From NCBI GenBank assembly GCA_039806935.1, contig JBDHQH010000004.1, forward strand, positions 8,027 through 72,026: 64,000 nt of DNA, read 5' to 3'. The number at the start of each line of letters is the position of its first letter. Positions within the stretch are counted from its first letter, which is position 1. This DNA comes from Verrucomicrobiota bacterium. Its GTDB lineage: Bacteria; Verrucomicrobiota; Verrucomicrobiia; Limisphaerales; UBA8199. Positions 49,698 through 58,778 of this stretch are shown here, piece by piece. Under the pieces are notes generated by a model, which saw only the letters and a list, made by a program, of their open reading frames with translations, had not been told where the DNA came from and did not search any database. A program made the position numbers and the translations under genes.

Positions 49698-51092
49698 CTA
49701 GCCGGCGGACGGAGGCGCCCACACGCGCTGAATCAGGGACGCGTAGCTCCAGGCCGGCCCGACGACGCCGCGCTGGCGCAAACGCAGCATCATGGAGCGA
49801 AAGGCCGGCGGCTTTTCCTGCGGTGTCCAGCGCGGGTCGCGGCGCGTGAATTCCGCCAGTTTGGCAAACACTCCCTCGAACGTCAGCGCCGGTGAGAGAT
49901 AGTAGAACGGTTCCAACAGGCTTTGGCCGGGGGAAAGCAGCCCCTCGTCCAGGGCACGCCGGGCCACCGCCGTGCCGGGATAAACCCGCATGCCCGCCAC
50001 GCTCAGGATGGCGGCCTCGCGCAGCCGCTCGGAATTGCGGAAACCCTCCTCCAGGGTTTCGTAAGTTTCACCCGGGCCTCCGGCGATGAGGAAGTGGCAG
50101 TACTCGATCCCCGCCTGCCGCGCCAGCTCGCTGGCCTGGCGGACCTCCGCGAAGGTGAACCCCTTCTGGTAGCTCGCCAGCACCGGGTCGCAAAAACTAT
50201 CCGTCCCGAATTCGATGTGCGCCAGCCCCGCGCGGGCCATCAGCCTCATCAACTCCGGCGTCAATCCTTGCGGCCGCAAAAAGCAGCTCCATGGAATTGG
50301 GGAGCCGCGCCGCGCCAGCGCCTCGCAAATCTCCCCCGCGTGCCGGGCGGAGCTGTTAAACACCGAATCGACCACGAAGAGATACCGCGCGCCGAGCCGG
50401 GCCGCCCGCTCAAATTCCTCGGCCACCGCTTCGGGCGGGTGCGGCCGGCGCCGCCGCCCCTCGATCAGCGGGTAGGTGCAATAGCAGCAACGCAACGGGC
50501 AGCCGCGCTGGGTTTGGATATTCAGCATCCCGCCGCGCTCGAGGTAATGCGCGGCGATTTCCGGCGGCCGATCTTCGCTGGCCAGCGGCGGGGGCGGTCC
50601 GGCGGGCGCCGGCTCATTCAAGACCAGCCCGCCCTCGCAGCGAAACACCAGCCCGGGAATGGAATGATAATCCGCCCCGGACGACAGCGCCTCCAGCAAC
50701 GCGACGAACGCTCCCTCCCCCTCGCCGCGAATGCCAAAGTCCGCTCCGGAAAGTTCCATCAATTCCCGCGGAAAAATGCTGAATCCGCTCCCGCCCAACA
50801 CCACCGGGCAGCCGGCTGCCTCCCGCATCACGCGGCAAAGCTCCGCCAATTCCCCAAAGAAGGTCTCCCGCCGCCGCACCAGGACATCGTCAATATTCCG
50901 CAGCGAAATGCCGGCCGCCTCGGGCTGGTATTCAGCCAGCACCCGCTCCAGCCGGGACCCGGTTTGGACGTCATGCCAGCGGGTTTGGTGCCCCGCCGCG
51001 CGCAAGGCGGCGTTCACATAAGCAAGCCCCAACGGAAACACCGGGTCGGGATCCACGCAGCGGTTGGCGCTTACCAGCAGCACTCTGGCCAT
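49698..51092 (-). CDS. B12-binding-domain radical SAM enzyme (class B-like)
   Basis: N-terminal Rossmann-like B12-binding region (MARVLLVSAN...VVLGGSG), then a CxxxCxxC cluster motif (GCPLRCCYCTYP). Substrate unknown. Confidence 0.75.
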   Translation of the reverse strand: MARVLLVSANRCVDPDPVFPLGLAYVNAALRAAGHQTRWHDVQTGSRLERVLAEYQPEAAGISLRNIDDVLVRRRETFFGELAELCRVMREAAGCPVVLGGSGFSIFPRELMELSGADFGIRGEGEGAFVALLEALSSGADYHSIPGLVFRCEGGLVLNEPAPAGPPPPLASEDRPPEIAAHYLERGGMLNIQTQRGCPLRCCYCTYPLIEGRRRRPHPPEAVAEEFERAARLGARYLFVVDSVFNSSARHAGEICEALARRGSPIPWSCFLRPQGLTPELMRLMARAGLAHIEFGTDSFCDPVLASYQKGFTFAEVRQASELARQAGIEYCHFLIAGGPGETYETLEEGFRNSERLREAAILSVAGMRVYPGTAVARRALDEGLLSPGQSLLEPFYYLSPALTFEGVFAKLAEFTRRDPRWTPQEKPPAFRSMMLRLRQRGVVGPAWSYASLIQRVWAPPSAG

Positions 51093-51217
51093 GACTGAAT
51101 CTTGGCCGCTCCCGGCGACCGGCGGCAACGCCAAACTACTGTCCCCAATTTCCGGCCAATCGCCCGCCGCGCCCGGACGCGCTTGCGAATCGCGCGCGCG
51201 CTGCCATGTTCTGAATA

Positions 51218-51892
51218 ATGTCGCAAGCCGCGCCAGCTCCGGCCCTGGCGGCCGTCCTTTTGGCGGCCGGCCAATCCGCTCGCATGGGCCGTCCCAAAAT
51301 GCTGCTTCCCTGGCAGGGCGCCACCATCATCGGCCACCTGGTAAGCACCTGGCGGACTCTGGGCGCCCGGCAAGTCGGCGTGGTCTGCCGCCCTGCCGAC
51401 ACCGCCCTGGCCGCCGAACTGGACCGCCTCGGAGTTTCTTCCCGCGATCGCATCGCCAATCCCCTGGCGGACCAGGGAATGTTCAGCTCCGTGCAGGCGG
51501 CCGCCCGCTGGGGCGGGTGGCGAGCCGAACTCACCCATTTCGCCCTCGTGCTCGGAGATCAGCCCCACCTGCGTCCGGCCACCCTGCGCCGCTTGCTGGA
51601 CGATTGCGCTAAGAATCCGGCAGTGGCGCGCCAACCCTCGTTTCAGCATCAGCCTGCTCATCCGGTGGTGTTGCCCCGCCGCCTCTTTCACCCTTTGGGC
51701 GATCAGCCCGGCGCATCCACTCTGCGGGATTATTTGCAAACCATCACCGTGGCCCTCACCGAGATAACTGACCCCGGCCTCGCGCTGGACCTCGATACCC
51801 CCGCCGACTACCAGGCGGCCATCTCCTCCGCCGCCGATTCACCTGAATCGCTCACCCCATTTGGCGGGCAGGCGGACGCGACGAAGACATAA
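51218..51892 (+). CDS. MobA-like NTP transferase (NTP_transf_3; molybdenum cofactor nucleotidyltransferase-like)
   Basis: AAVLLAAGQSARMGRPKMLL matches the LAAGxSxRMGxxK motif. Confidence 0.65.
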   Translation: MSQAAPAPALAAVLLAAGQSARMGRPKMLLPWQGATIIGHLVSTWRTLGARQVGVVCRPADTALAAELDRLGVSSRDRIANPLADQGMFSSVQAAARWGGWRAELTHFALVLGDQPHLRPATLRRLLDDCAKNPAVARQPSFQHQPAHPVVLPRRLFHPLGDQPGASTLRDYLQTITVALTEITDPGLALDLDTPADYQAAISSAADSPESLTPFGGQADATKT

Positions 51893-52013
51893 TAATAGTC
51901 CGCGCTAAAATAAGGTCCATTCACCGTTGTCTGGCCTTTGTATGTCAAAAAACGGTTAGGAATTGGCAGTCTCCGTGTTGCCGCTTTTGCGTTCTTTTCG
52001 GAGATTTCCCGCC

Positions 52014-52418
52014 ATGGACGAGGTTTGGTCCAACGACCTGCTGTATATCTTCGCCTTTGGCGTTGCGGGACTCGTGTTTGCGCTGGGGCCGATTGTGCTC
52101 GTGCATCTGCTCATGGCGCGCCGGACGCGCCACTCCGCGGATAAAACCGGCCAGTTTATCGAGTGCGGCATGGAGCCCATCGGCGATGCCTGGATTCGCT
52201 ACAGCGCGGTTTATTATCTCTACGCGCTGGTGTTTGTCGCCTTCGCGGTGGACGTGCTTTACCTCGTCCCGGTGGCGTTGGTGTACAACCGGGTCGCGGA
52301 ATTCGTCTACCGGGATTTCGTTGAACTGATTCTCTTCGTCGGGATTTTGTCCCTGGTGATTGTGTACGCCTGGAAAAAAGGAGTCTTTGAATGGCCGAGG
52401 AAGAAGATCAACTCCTGA
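52014..52418 (+). CDS. nuoA: NADH-quinone oxidoreductase subunit A
   Basis: Three TM segments. [13 protein letters not shown] and [17 protein letters not shown] motifs. Confidence 0.85.
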   Translation: MDEVWSNDLLYIFAFGVAGLVFALGPIVLVHLLMARRTRHSADKTGQFIECGMEPIGDAWIRYSAVYYLYALVFVAFAVDVLYLVPVALVYNRVAEFVYRDFVELILFVGILSLVIVYAWKKGVFEWPRKKINS

Positions 52419-52903
52419 GAGACTGCGCGCCCTACGTAAAGTTCGCCCGGCTGGACGAACTGCTCTCGCTGGGCCGGGCCAACTCGCTGTGGCCGTTGAC
52501 CTTCGGCCTGGCCTGCTGCGCCATCGAGATGATGGCCGCCGGAGCCTCGCGATTCGATCTGGCCCGGTTCGGCGCCGAGGTCTTTCGCCCCTCACCGCGT
52601 CAGGCGGACGTGATGATTGTGGCCGGCACCGTGAACAAAAAAATGGCCCTGGCGGTGAAAACGCTTTATGACCAAATGCCCGAGCCGAAATGGGTGATCG
52701 CCATGGGCAACTGCGCGATTTCAGGAGGCCCGTTCGTGTTTCCGGGCCAATACGCCGTGGTCGAAGGGGTGGACAAGCTTTTCCCGGTGGATGTCTATAT
52801 CCCCGGTTGCCCGCCGCGCCCGGAAGCCTTGATCGAGGGATTGCTAAAGCTGGAGGAAAAACTCACCGGAAAACGGCGCTGGCCAGTGGTGAAACCGGAA
52901 TGA
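52391..52903 (+). CDS. nuoB: NADH-quinone oxidoreductase subunit B
   Basis: N2-cluster cysteines in [21 protein letters not shown] and [11 protein letters not shown]. Confidence 0.95.
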   Translation: MAEEEDQLLRDCAPYVKFARLDELLSLGRANSLWPLTFGLACCAIEMMAAGASRFDLARFGAEVFRPSPRQADVMIVAGTVNKKMALAVKTLYDQMPEPKWVIAMGNCAISGGPFVFPGQYAVVEGVDKLFPVDVYIPGCPPRPEALIEGLLKLEEKLTGKRRWPVVKPE

Positions 52904-52907
52904 CCCA

Positions 52908-53417
52908 ATGAACGCCGCGCCCGCTCCCAATCCCTCCGCCTCGACCACGGCTGCTCCGCCAGCATCGGCCCCCGCCCCGGCTCCGCCAGCGCTTCCGAAT
53001 CCGCTCCGGCATTTGGCCGCCCCGTTTCAACCGGTGGATTTCGCCGTTCGCGGTTATCACCTGGAGGCGACGGTCGCGCCGGATCAGGTCGTCGCCGCCG
53101 CGGCCGAGCTGGACGCGGAAGGCTACGCCATCGACACGATCACCGGCGTGGATTGGCTGGCGCAAAACCAAATGGAAGTGGTGTACGACTTCTTCCATCC
53201 CTCGCAACCCTGGCGCGTAGTCGTCCGCGCGCGGGTGCCGCGTGAAAATCCCGAGCTGCCGACGATTTCCACGGTGTTCCCGGGGGCCAACTGGCACGAG
53301 CGCGAGACGCACGATTTCTTCGGCATTCGCTTCAGCGGACATCCGGACCTGTCGCCGTTCCTGCTGCCGGAGGACGCCACCTACCACCCGTTGAGGAAGG
53401 ATTTTACGTCGTGTTAG
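52908..53417 (+). CDS. nuoC: NADH-quinone oxidoreductase subunit C
   Basis: GANWHERETHDFFGIRFSGHPDL motif. The N-terminus is Ala/Pro-rich. Confidence 0.9.
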   Translation: MNAAPAPNPSASTTAAPPASAPAPAPPALPNPLRHLAAPFQPVDFAVRGYHLEATVAPDQVVAAAAELDAEGYAIDTITGVDWLAQNQMEVVYDFFHPSQPWRVVVRARVPRENPELPTISTVFPGANWHERETHDFFGIRFSGHPDLSPFLLPEDATYHPLRKDFTSC

Positions 53418-54541
53418 TCAAAGAGAACCTCCAAACCGGCGCAAACGGGCGGGAGACCTTTGTCCTGAACCTGGGCCCTCAGCATCCCGCCACCCATGGG
53501 GTGTTGCGGGTGAAAATGGAGATGGATGGCGAGTATGTCATGCGCGCGGAGCCGGTCTGCGGTTACATCCATCGCATGCAGGAAAAGATGGGCGAAAACC
53601 GCACCTACGCGCAGTTTCTGCCCAACACCAGCCGGATCGATTACCTCTCGGCGATGAACTACACCCACGCGTTCGTGGGGGCGGTCGAGCGCGCGCTGAA
53701 ACTGCAAATCCCGCCGCGCGTCGAGTTCATCCGGGTCATTACCTCCGAGTTGAACCGCATCTCCAGCCATCTGGTCTGGTGGGGCGCGTTCCTGCTCGAT
53801 CTCGGCGGTTTCACGCCACTGCTCTACGCCTTCGATGATCGCGAGAAAATCCTCGATCTGCTGGAAGGCATCAGCGGCGCGCGGCTGACCTATTGCTACT
53901 ACCGGATCGGCGGGCTTTACAACGACGTCGATGACGAATTTCTCGAGGGCACACGCGCGTTCGTGAAACACATGCGGCCGCGATTGGACATGTACCGCGA
54001 TCTGGTGACGGATAATATCATCCTGCGCAAGCGACTGGAGGGCATCGGGCCGATCAGCGCGGAATTGTGCCGCCGCTACGGCGCCTGCGGCCCGGTCATG
54101 CGCGGGTCGGGGGTGCCTTATGATGTGCGCCGAGCCGAGCCGTACTCGGTGTATCCGGAGTTCGATTTCGAGATCCCCGTCTTTCCCGAGGGCGATTCCA
54201 TGGCCCGTTATCGGGTGCGCATGGAGGAGCTCGAGCAAAGCCTGCGCATCATCGAGCAGGCGCTGGACAAGTTGCCCGCGGGGCCGGTGATGGCGGACAA
54301 GGTGCCGCGCGTGCTGAAGCTGCCCGCCGGGGACTACTGTTACGCCGTGGAGGCCGCCCGGGGGCGTTTCCTGGTTCGCATCGTCAGCGACGGTAAAGAG
54401 CAGGCCTACCGGGTGAAGCTGCGAACGCCCTGCCTCTCAAACTTGAGCCTCTTCGAGGAGGCGAGCCGGGGAATGCTGCTCCCGGATGCGCTGGCGCTGA
54501 TGGGGAGTCTGGACCTCGTCATCCCCGACATCGATCGGTAA
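53411..54541 (+). CDS. nuoD: NADH-quinone oxidoreductase subunit D
   Basis: LNLGPQHPATHGVLR motif and a C-terminal LDLVIPDIDR. Confidence 0.95.
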   Translation: MLVKENLQTGANGRETFVLNLGPQHPATHGVLRVKMEMDGEYVMRAEPVCGYIHRMQEKMGENRTYAQFLPNTSRIDYLSAMNYTHAFVGAVERALKLQIPPRVEFIRVITSELNRISSHLVWWGAFLLDLGGFTPLLYAFDDREKILDLLEGISGARLTYCYYRIGGLYNDVDDEFLEGTRAFVKHMRPRLDMYRDLVTDNIILRKRLEGIGPISAELCRRYGACGPVMRGSGVPYDVRRAEPYSVYPEFDFEIPVFPEGDSMARYRVRMEELEQSLRIIEQALDKLPAGPVMADKVPRVLKLPAGDYCYAVEAARGRFLVRIVSDGKEQAYRVKLRTPCLSNLSLFEEASRGMLLPDALALMGSLDLVIPDIDR

Positions 54542-54619
54542 ACCCACCCGAACACTTAATGCGCAACAAATGCCAAAGAACGCGAAGCACCCGGCCGGGC
54601 GCCGCCTAGGCTGGTCTTG

Positions 54620-55645
54620 ATGGCGGCAAACATGCAGACCCTGCTCACATTTCTGTCGTCCGAGCCGATCCGACTGCTCGTCGCGCTGGTGGCGATCATG
54701 AGCTTTGTCGGAGCCAACGCCGCCTACCTGGTCTGGGTGGAGCGGAAGGGCGCCGGCCGCTTTCAACGCCGCCCCGGCCCGACGGAGGTGGGCTGGGCTG
54801 GCCTGCTCCAACCCATCGCCGACGCCGCCAAACTGCTCTCGAAACAACTGATCGTTCCACCCGGCGTGGATCGCGCCCTCTTCCGCCTGGCGCCGGTGCT
54901 GATGATGCCGCCGGCGTTGATGAGCCTGGCGGTGATTCCCTGGGGAGAGAGCCTGGCCGCCCGCGACATCAACGTGGGCCTGCTGATGATTTTCGCCTTC
55001 GGCTCCATCAACGTGATGGCGATCATGCTGGGCGGGTGGTCCTCCCGCAATAAATACGCCATCATGTCCGCCGCCCGGGTGGTCTCGCAAAATGTGGCTT
55101 ACGAGATCCCCATGTTGCTCGTGGTCATCACCATGATCCTGGTCACCGGCACCATGAACCTGAATGAAATCGTGCGCCAGCAGGCCGGCCCGTTCTGGCA
55201 CTGGAACCTGTTCCGCGTCTGGGTCAACCCGCTGATGCCGGTCACTTTCCTTATTTTCTTCATCTGCATGCTGGCGGAAACCAACCGCGCGCCGTTCGAC
55301 ATGGCCGAGGCGGAGAGCGAATTGGTCGCGGGGGCGTTCACCGAGTACTCGAGCATGGGCTTCGGCGTGTTCTTCATGGCCGAGTACGCGAACATCCTCC
55401 TCGGCTGCGCGCTCGGCACGGTGCTCTTCCTGGGCGGCTGGCAAAGCCCGATCGGACTTTGGCCCGGCGTGTTCTGGTTTCTTCTTAAACTGTATCTCCT
55501 GGTGTTTTCCGTGGTCTGGATCCGCTGGACTTTCCCCCGCACGCAATTCTACGGGCTGCTGAATCTCTCGTGGAAAATCCTGATCCCGGTGTCGTTGTTC
55601 ACCCTGGCGCTCTCCGCCGCAATGATGAAACTGCTCCGGCTATGA
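54620..55645 (+). CDS. nuoH: NADH-quinone oxidoreductase subunit H
   Basis: VWVERKGAGRFQRRPGP and AETNRAPFDMAEAESELVAG motifs. Confidence 0.95.
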   Translation: MAANMQTLLTFLSSEPIRLLVALVAIMSFVGANAAYLVWVERKGAGRFQRRPGPTEVGWAGLLQPIADAAKLLSKQLIVPPGVDRALFRLAPVLMMPPALMSLAVIPWGESLAARDINVGLLMIFAFGSINVMAIMLGGWSSRNKYAIMSAARVVSQNVAYEIPMLLVVITMILVTGTMNLNEIVRQQAGPFWHWNLFRVWVNPLMPVTFLIFFICMLAETNRAPFDMAEAESELVAGAFTEYSSMGFGVFFMAEYANILLGCALGTVLFLGGWQSPIGLWPGVFWFLLKLYLLVFSVVWIRWTFPRTQFYGLLNLSWKILIPVSLFTLALSAAMMKLLRL

Positions 55646-56190
55646 AAAAGACGGCGCTTGAAATCCTTCAAGGTCTCCGCAGCCTGCTCATCGGGCTGCG
55701 CATCACGCTGCGGGAGTTCTTCAAACCGGCGGTGACCGTCCATTACCCGCATGAAACGCTCAAGATTCCGCCGCGCTTCCGCGGTCATATCGAGCTGGTG
55801 CGCGATCCCGAAACCGGCCGGGCGATCTGCTATTCCTGCAAACTCTGCGAGCGCGCCTGCCCGAGCGATTGCATCACCGTGGACGGCGCCAAGCTCGAAG
55901 GCGCCAAGAAGAAATCCGTCACTAAATATATCCTCGATTTCACCAAGTGCAGCCTGTGCGGCTCCTGTGTCGAGGCCTGCCGGGACAGCGCGATCCGCTT
56001 CTCGCGCGACTACAACCTGGCGGGCCTGAGCAAGGACGAGTTTGTCATGGATCTGTTTAAAAAGTTGGAGGACGAGGCCCGGGCGGCCGGTCTCCGCGAG
56101 GCTCCGGCGGCGGTCGAGCCGCCGCCAGCGCCCGCCGAAAGCGCCCGGACAGCCGGCGCCGCTGCGCCTGCCCCCCTGAAGACCTCATGA
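55642..56190 (+). CDS. nuoI: NADH-quinone oxidoreductase subunit I
   Basis: Two 4Fe-4S motifs, CYSCKLCERACP and CSLCGSCVEACR. ATGA overlap with nuoH. The C-terminal tail is Ala/Pro-rich. Confidence 0.9.
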   Translation: MKKTALEILQGLRSLLIGLRITLREFFKPAVTVHYPHETLKIPPRFRGHIELVRDPETGRAICYSCKLCERACPSDCITVDGAKLEGAKKKSVTKYILDFTKCSLCGSCVEACRDSAIRFSRDYNLAGLSKDEFVMDLFKKLEDEARAAGLREAPAAVEPPPAPAESARTAGAAAPAPLKTS

Positions 56191-56714
56191 GTACGACCCT
56201 TCCCGCGACCCAGCCGCTGCTGAACAGCGTGTTTCTGCTCTGCCTGCTTGCCACCGGCGCCGGGGCTTTAATCGCGGTGTTAAGCGGACGGCTGATCCGC
56301 GCCGTCAGCGGCCTGGCGCTCTGCTGTCTGGGGCTCGCCGGATTATTCTACTTTTTGCACAGCCCGTTTCTGGCGCTGATGGAAATCCTGATTTACGTCG
56401 GCGCGGTCTGCGTGACCATTGTGTTCGCGGTTATGCTGGCCGAACCCGACGAACCGGCGCGCCGCGGCGGGGCGCTCTGGCTCGGGAGTCTCTCGACCGC
56501 CGTCGCGGCGGGAATTCTGGTGGCGCTCTATCATCTGGGGGCGCGCCACGCCTGGCCGGAGCCCCAGACGCTGACCAGCGTCGGCTCGGTGCGGGATATC
56601 GGCAAGTCGCTGCTCACCACCTACAGCATGGCGTTCGAGTTGATTTCCCTGGCCTTGCTTGCCGCCATCGTCGGCGCCCTGGCCATCGCCCGCGCCGGGA
56701 GGACCAAACCGTGA
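56187..56714 (+). CDS. nuoJ: NADH-quinone oxidoreductase subunit J
   Basis: 175 aa, about five TM segments. ILIYVGAVCVTIVFAVML motif. Operon position fits. Confidence 0.85.
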   Translation: MSTTLPATQPLLNSVFLLCLLATGAGALIAVLSGRLIRAVSGLALCCLGLAGLFYFLHSPFLALMEILIYVGAVCVTIVFAVMLAEPDEPARRGGALWLGSLSTAVAAGILVALYHLGARHAWPEPQTLTSVGSVRDIGKSLLTTYSMAFELISLALLAAIVGALAIARAGRTKP

Positions 56715-57046
56715 ACCCGATGGACCCCGTCGCTTTGTACGATCGCCTCGAGATTTATCTGGCCGCGGCGGCTTTCCTGTTCGCCATCGGCATCCTCGGT
56801 CTGCTGCGCCGCCGCACGCTCATCGGCATGTTGATCTCCGGGGAGTTGATCTTCGCCGCGGCGTCGTTGAACTTCATGGCCTTCAACCGGTTTGTGGTTC
56901 AGGACCGCACGGTGGGCCAGATTTTTGTGCTGTTCATCATGGGCCTGGCCGCCGCTGAGGTCGCCATTGCCCTCAGCATCATCCTGGCGGTCTATCGCAA
57001 TTACCGCTCGGTCAAAACCGCGGCCATCACTGAACTGAACGGATAA
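56711..57046 (+). CDS. nuoK: NADH-quinone oxidoreductase subunit K
   Basis: Three TM segments. LFAIGILGLLRRRTLIGMLISGELIF and AAAEVAIALSIILAVYR motifs. Confidence 0.9.
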   Translation: MNPMDPVALYDRLEIYLAAAAFLFAIGILGLLRRRTLIGMLISGELIFAAASLNFMAFNRFVVQDRTVGQIFVLFIMGLAAAEVAIALSIILAVYRNYRSVKTAAITELNG

Positions 57047-57048
57047 AC

Positions 57049-58521
57049 ATGGGTGAAGTTACTTATTTGCGTCTCCCCCTGGCCGTCCTGGCCCCGCTGC
57101 TCGGCGCGGGCCTGGTGATGCTCAACCGGAATCGCCCCAACGCGCGCGAGGCCTCCTCCCTGATCGCCGCCGGGACGCTCTTCGCGATCACCGCCTCGCT
57201 GATTCCCGCCGTGCTGGCCGGCGTCCGCCCGCATTTCACCGTCGCTCACCTGCTGCCCGGCCTGAGCCTCTCGCTGCGGGCGGACGCGCTTTCCATGGTG
57301 TTCGCGGTTTCCGCCTCGTTCCTCTGGCTGGTCACGGTCTTCTACTCGGCGGGTTATATGCGAGGCCTGGGCGAGCGCGAGCAGACTCGTTTCAACACCT
57401 GCTTCGCCCTGGCGCTGTTTGGCGCCATCGGCTGCGCCTTCTCCGACAACCTGCTCACGCTCTACCTGTTCTACGAAATCGTCAGCATTTGCACCTACCC
57501 CCTGGTGGCGCACCACCAGGACGAGGAGAGCTACGAGGGCGCGCGCAAGTATATCAGTTATTTGACCGCCACGGCCAAGGGCCTCGTGCTCCCGGCGATG
57601 GTGTTCCTTTACGTGCTCTCGGGGACGCTGGATTTCGCCCCGGACATCCACACCGGCATCTTGCCGGCGGGCGTGCATAACGGCGTGATCATCGCGCTCT
57701 ACGCGTGCTGCATCCTGGGCTTCGCCAAAAATGGCGTGATGCCCTTCCACAACTGGCTCCCCAGCGCCATGGTGGCGCCCACCCCCGTCAGCGCGCTCCT
57801 GCACGCGGTGGCGGTGGTTAAAGTGGGCGTGTTCTCGACCGTGCGCGTGATGCTTTATGTATTCGGCGTCACGACCATGCGGGATCTGAACCTGGGCTTG
57901 CCGACGGCCTACTTCGTCTCCTTCACCATCGTGGCCGCCTCAATCATCGCGCTCAGCAAGGACAATCTCAAGGCCCGCCTGGCCTATTCCACGGTCAGCC
58001 AGTTGTCCTACATCATCCTCGGCGTGGCGCTCCTGACCGACGCCGGCATCCAGGGCGGGCTCATCCACATCGCCAACCACGCTTTCGCGAAAATCACCCT
58101 GTTCTTCTGCGCCGGCGCCATTTACGTCGCCACGCACAAAAAGAACATCTCCGAAATGAGCGGCCTCGGGCGGGTGATGCCCTTCACCTTCGGCGCTTTT
58201 GCCCTCGCTTCCTTGAGCATGATCGGCGCCCCGCCGGTGGCCGGGTTCGTGACCAAATGGTACCTGCTTAACGGCGCCTGGGATGCCCATTCCGTCGGCA
58301 TCATCGGGGTGCTGCTGATCAGCACCCTGCTCAACGCCGCTTATTTCGCGCCGGTGGTGTACCAGGGCTTTTTCGGCAAAACTTCGGAGGCGGACCGCCA
58401 GCACAGCTTCCGCGAGGCGCATCCGTCCATGGTGATCCCGCTGACCATCACTGCGGCGATTTCGGTGGTGATCGGGCTGTACCCCGGCTTTTTCATGCGG
58501 TTTTTGCATTTGATCTCATGA
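57049..58521 (+). CDS. Additional antiporter-like subunit (MrpD/NuoM/NuoN superfamily) inserted between nuoK and the L-like gene
   Basis: 490 aa, polytopic. TM5-type LYLFYEIVSICTYPL and TM7/8-type FAKNGVMPFHNWLPSAMVAPTPVSALLHAVAVVKVGVF signatures. No C-terminal lateral-helix extension. Confidence 0.8.
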   Translation: MGEVTYLRLPLAVLAPLLGAGLVMLNRNRPNAREASSLIAAGTLFAITASLIPAVLAGVRPHFTVAHLLPGLSLSLRADALSMVFAVSASFLWLVTVFYSAGYMRGLGEREQTRFNTCFALALFGAIGCAFSDNLLTLYLFYEIVSICTYPLVAHHQDEESYEGARKYISYLTATAKGLVLPAMVFLYVLSGTLDFAPDIHTGILPAGVHNGVIIALYACCILGFAKNGVMPFHNWLPSAMVAPTPVSALLHAVAVVKVGVFSTVRVMLYVFGVTTMRDLNLGLPTAYFVSFTIVAASIIALSKDNLKARLAYSTVSQLSYIILGVALLTDAGIQGGLIHIANHAFAKITLFFCAGAIYVATHKKNISEMSGLGRVMPFTFGAFALASLSMIGAPPVAGFVTKWYLLNGAWDAHSVGIIGVLLISTLLNAAYFAPVVYQGFFGKTSEADRQHSFREAHPSMVIPLTITAAISVVIGLYPGFFMRFLHLIS

Positions 58522-58778
58522 ACCTGGTCAAGCTCATTGAATTCTTGCGCGCTCGATTGCGGCTCCTGGTGCGGCTCTCCCTGGGGGCGCTGGCGGGGTT
58601 AATTATTTTGGACGCCATTCCGGCAATGGTGAATAAAAGCGAGGCGCACACCCGGCTTGAGCATCTGCCGGGATTTTGGTCGATTTTCGGCCTGGTCGCC
58701 TGCGTGCTGATCGTGGTGCTCTCCAAATGGTACGGCCACACCGGAATCATGACCCGCGAGGACTACTACGATGAATAG
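58518..58778 (+). CDS. 86-aa two-TM membrane protein embedded in the complex I operon
   Basis: ATGA overlap with the upstream gene and an 8-nt overlap with the downstream gene. Two hydrophobic helices (LSLGALAGLIILDAIPAM, FWSIFGLVACVLIVVL). No family recognised. Confidence 0.6.
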   Translation: MNLVKLIEFLRARLRLLVRLSLGALAGLIILDAIPAMVNKSEAHTRLEHLPGFWSIFGLVACVLIVVLSKWYGHTGIMTREDYYDE

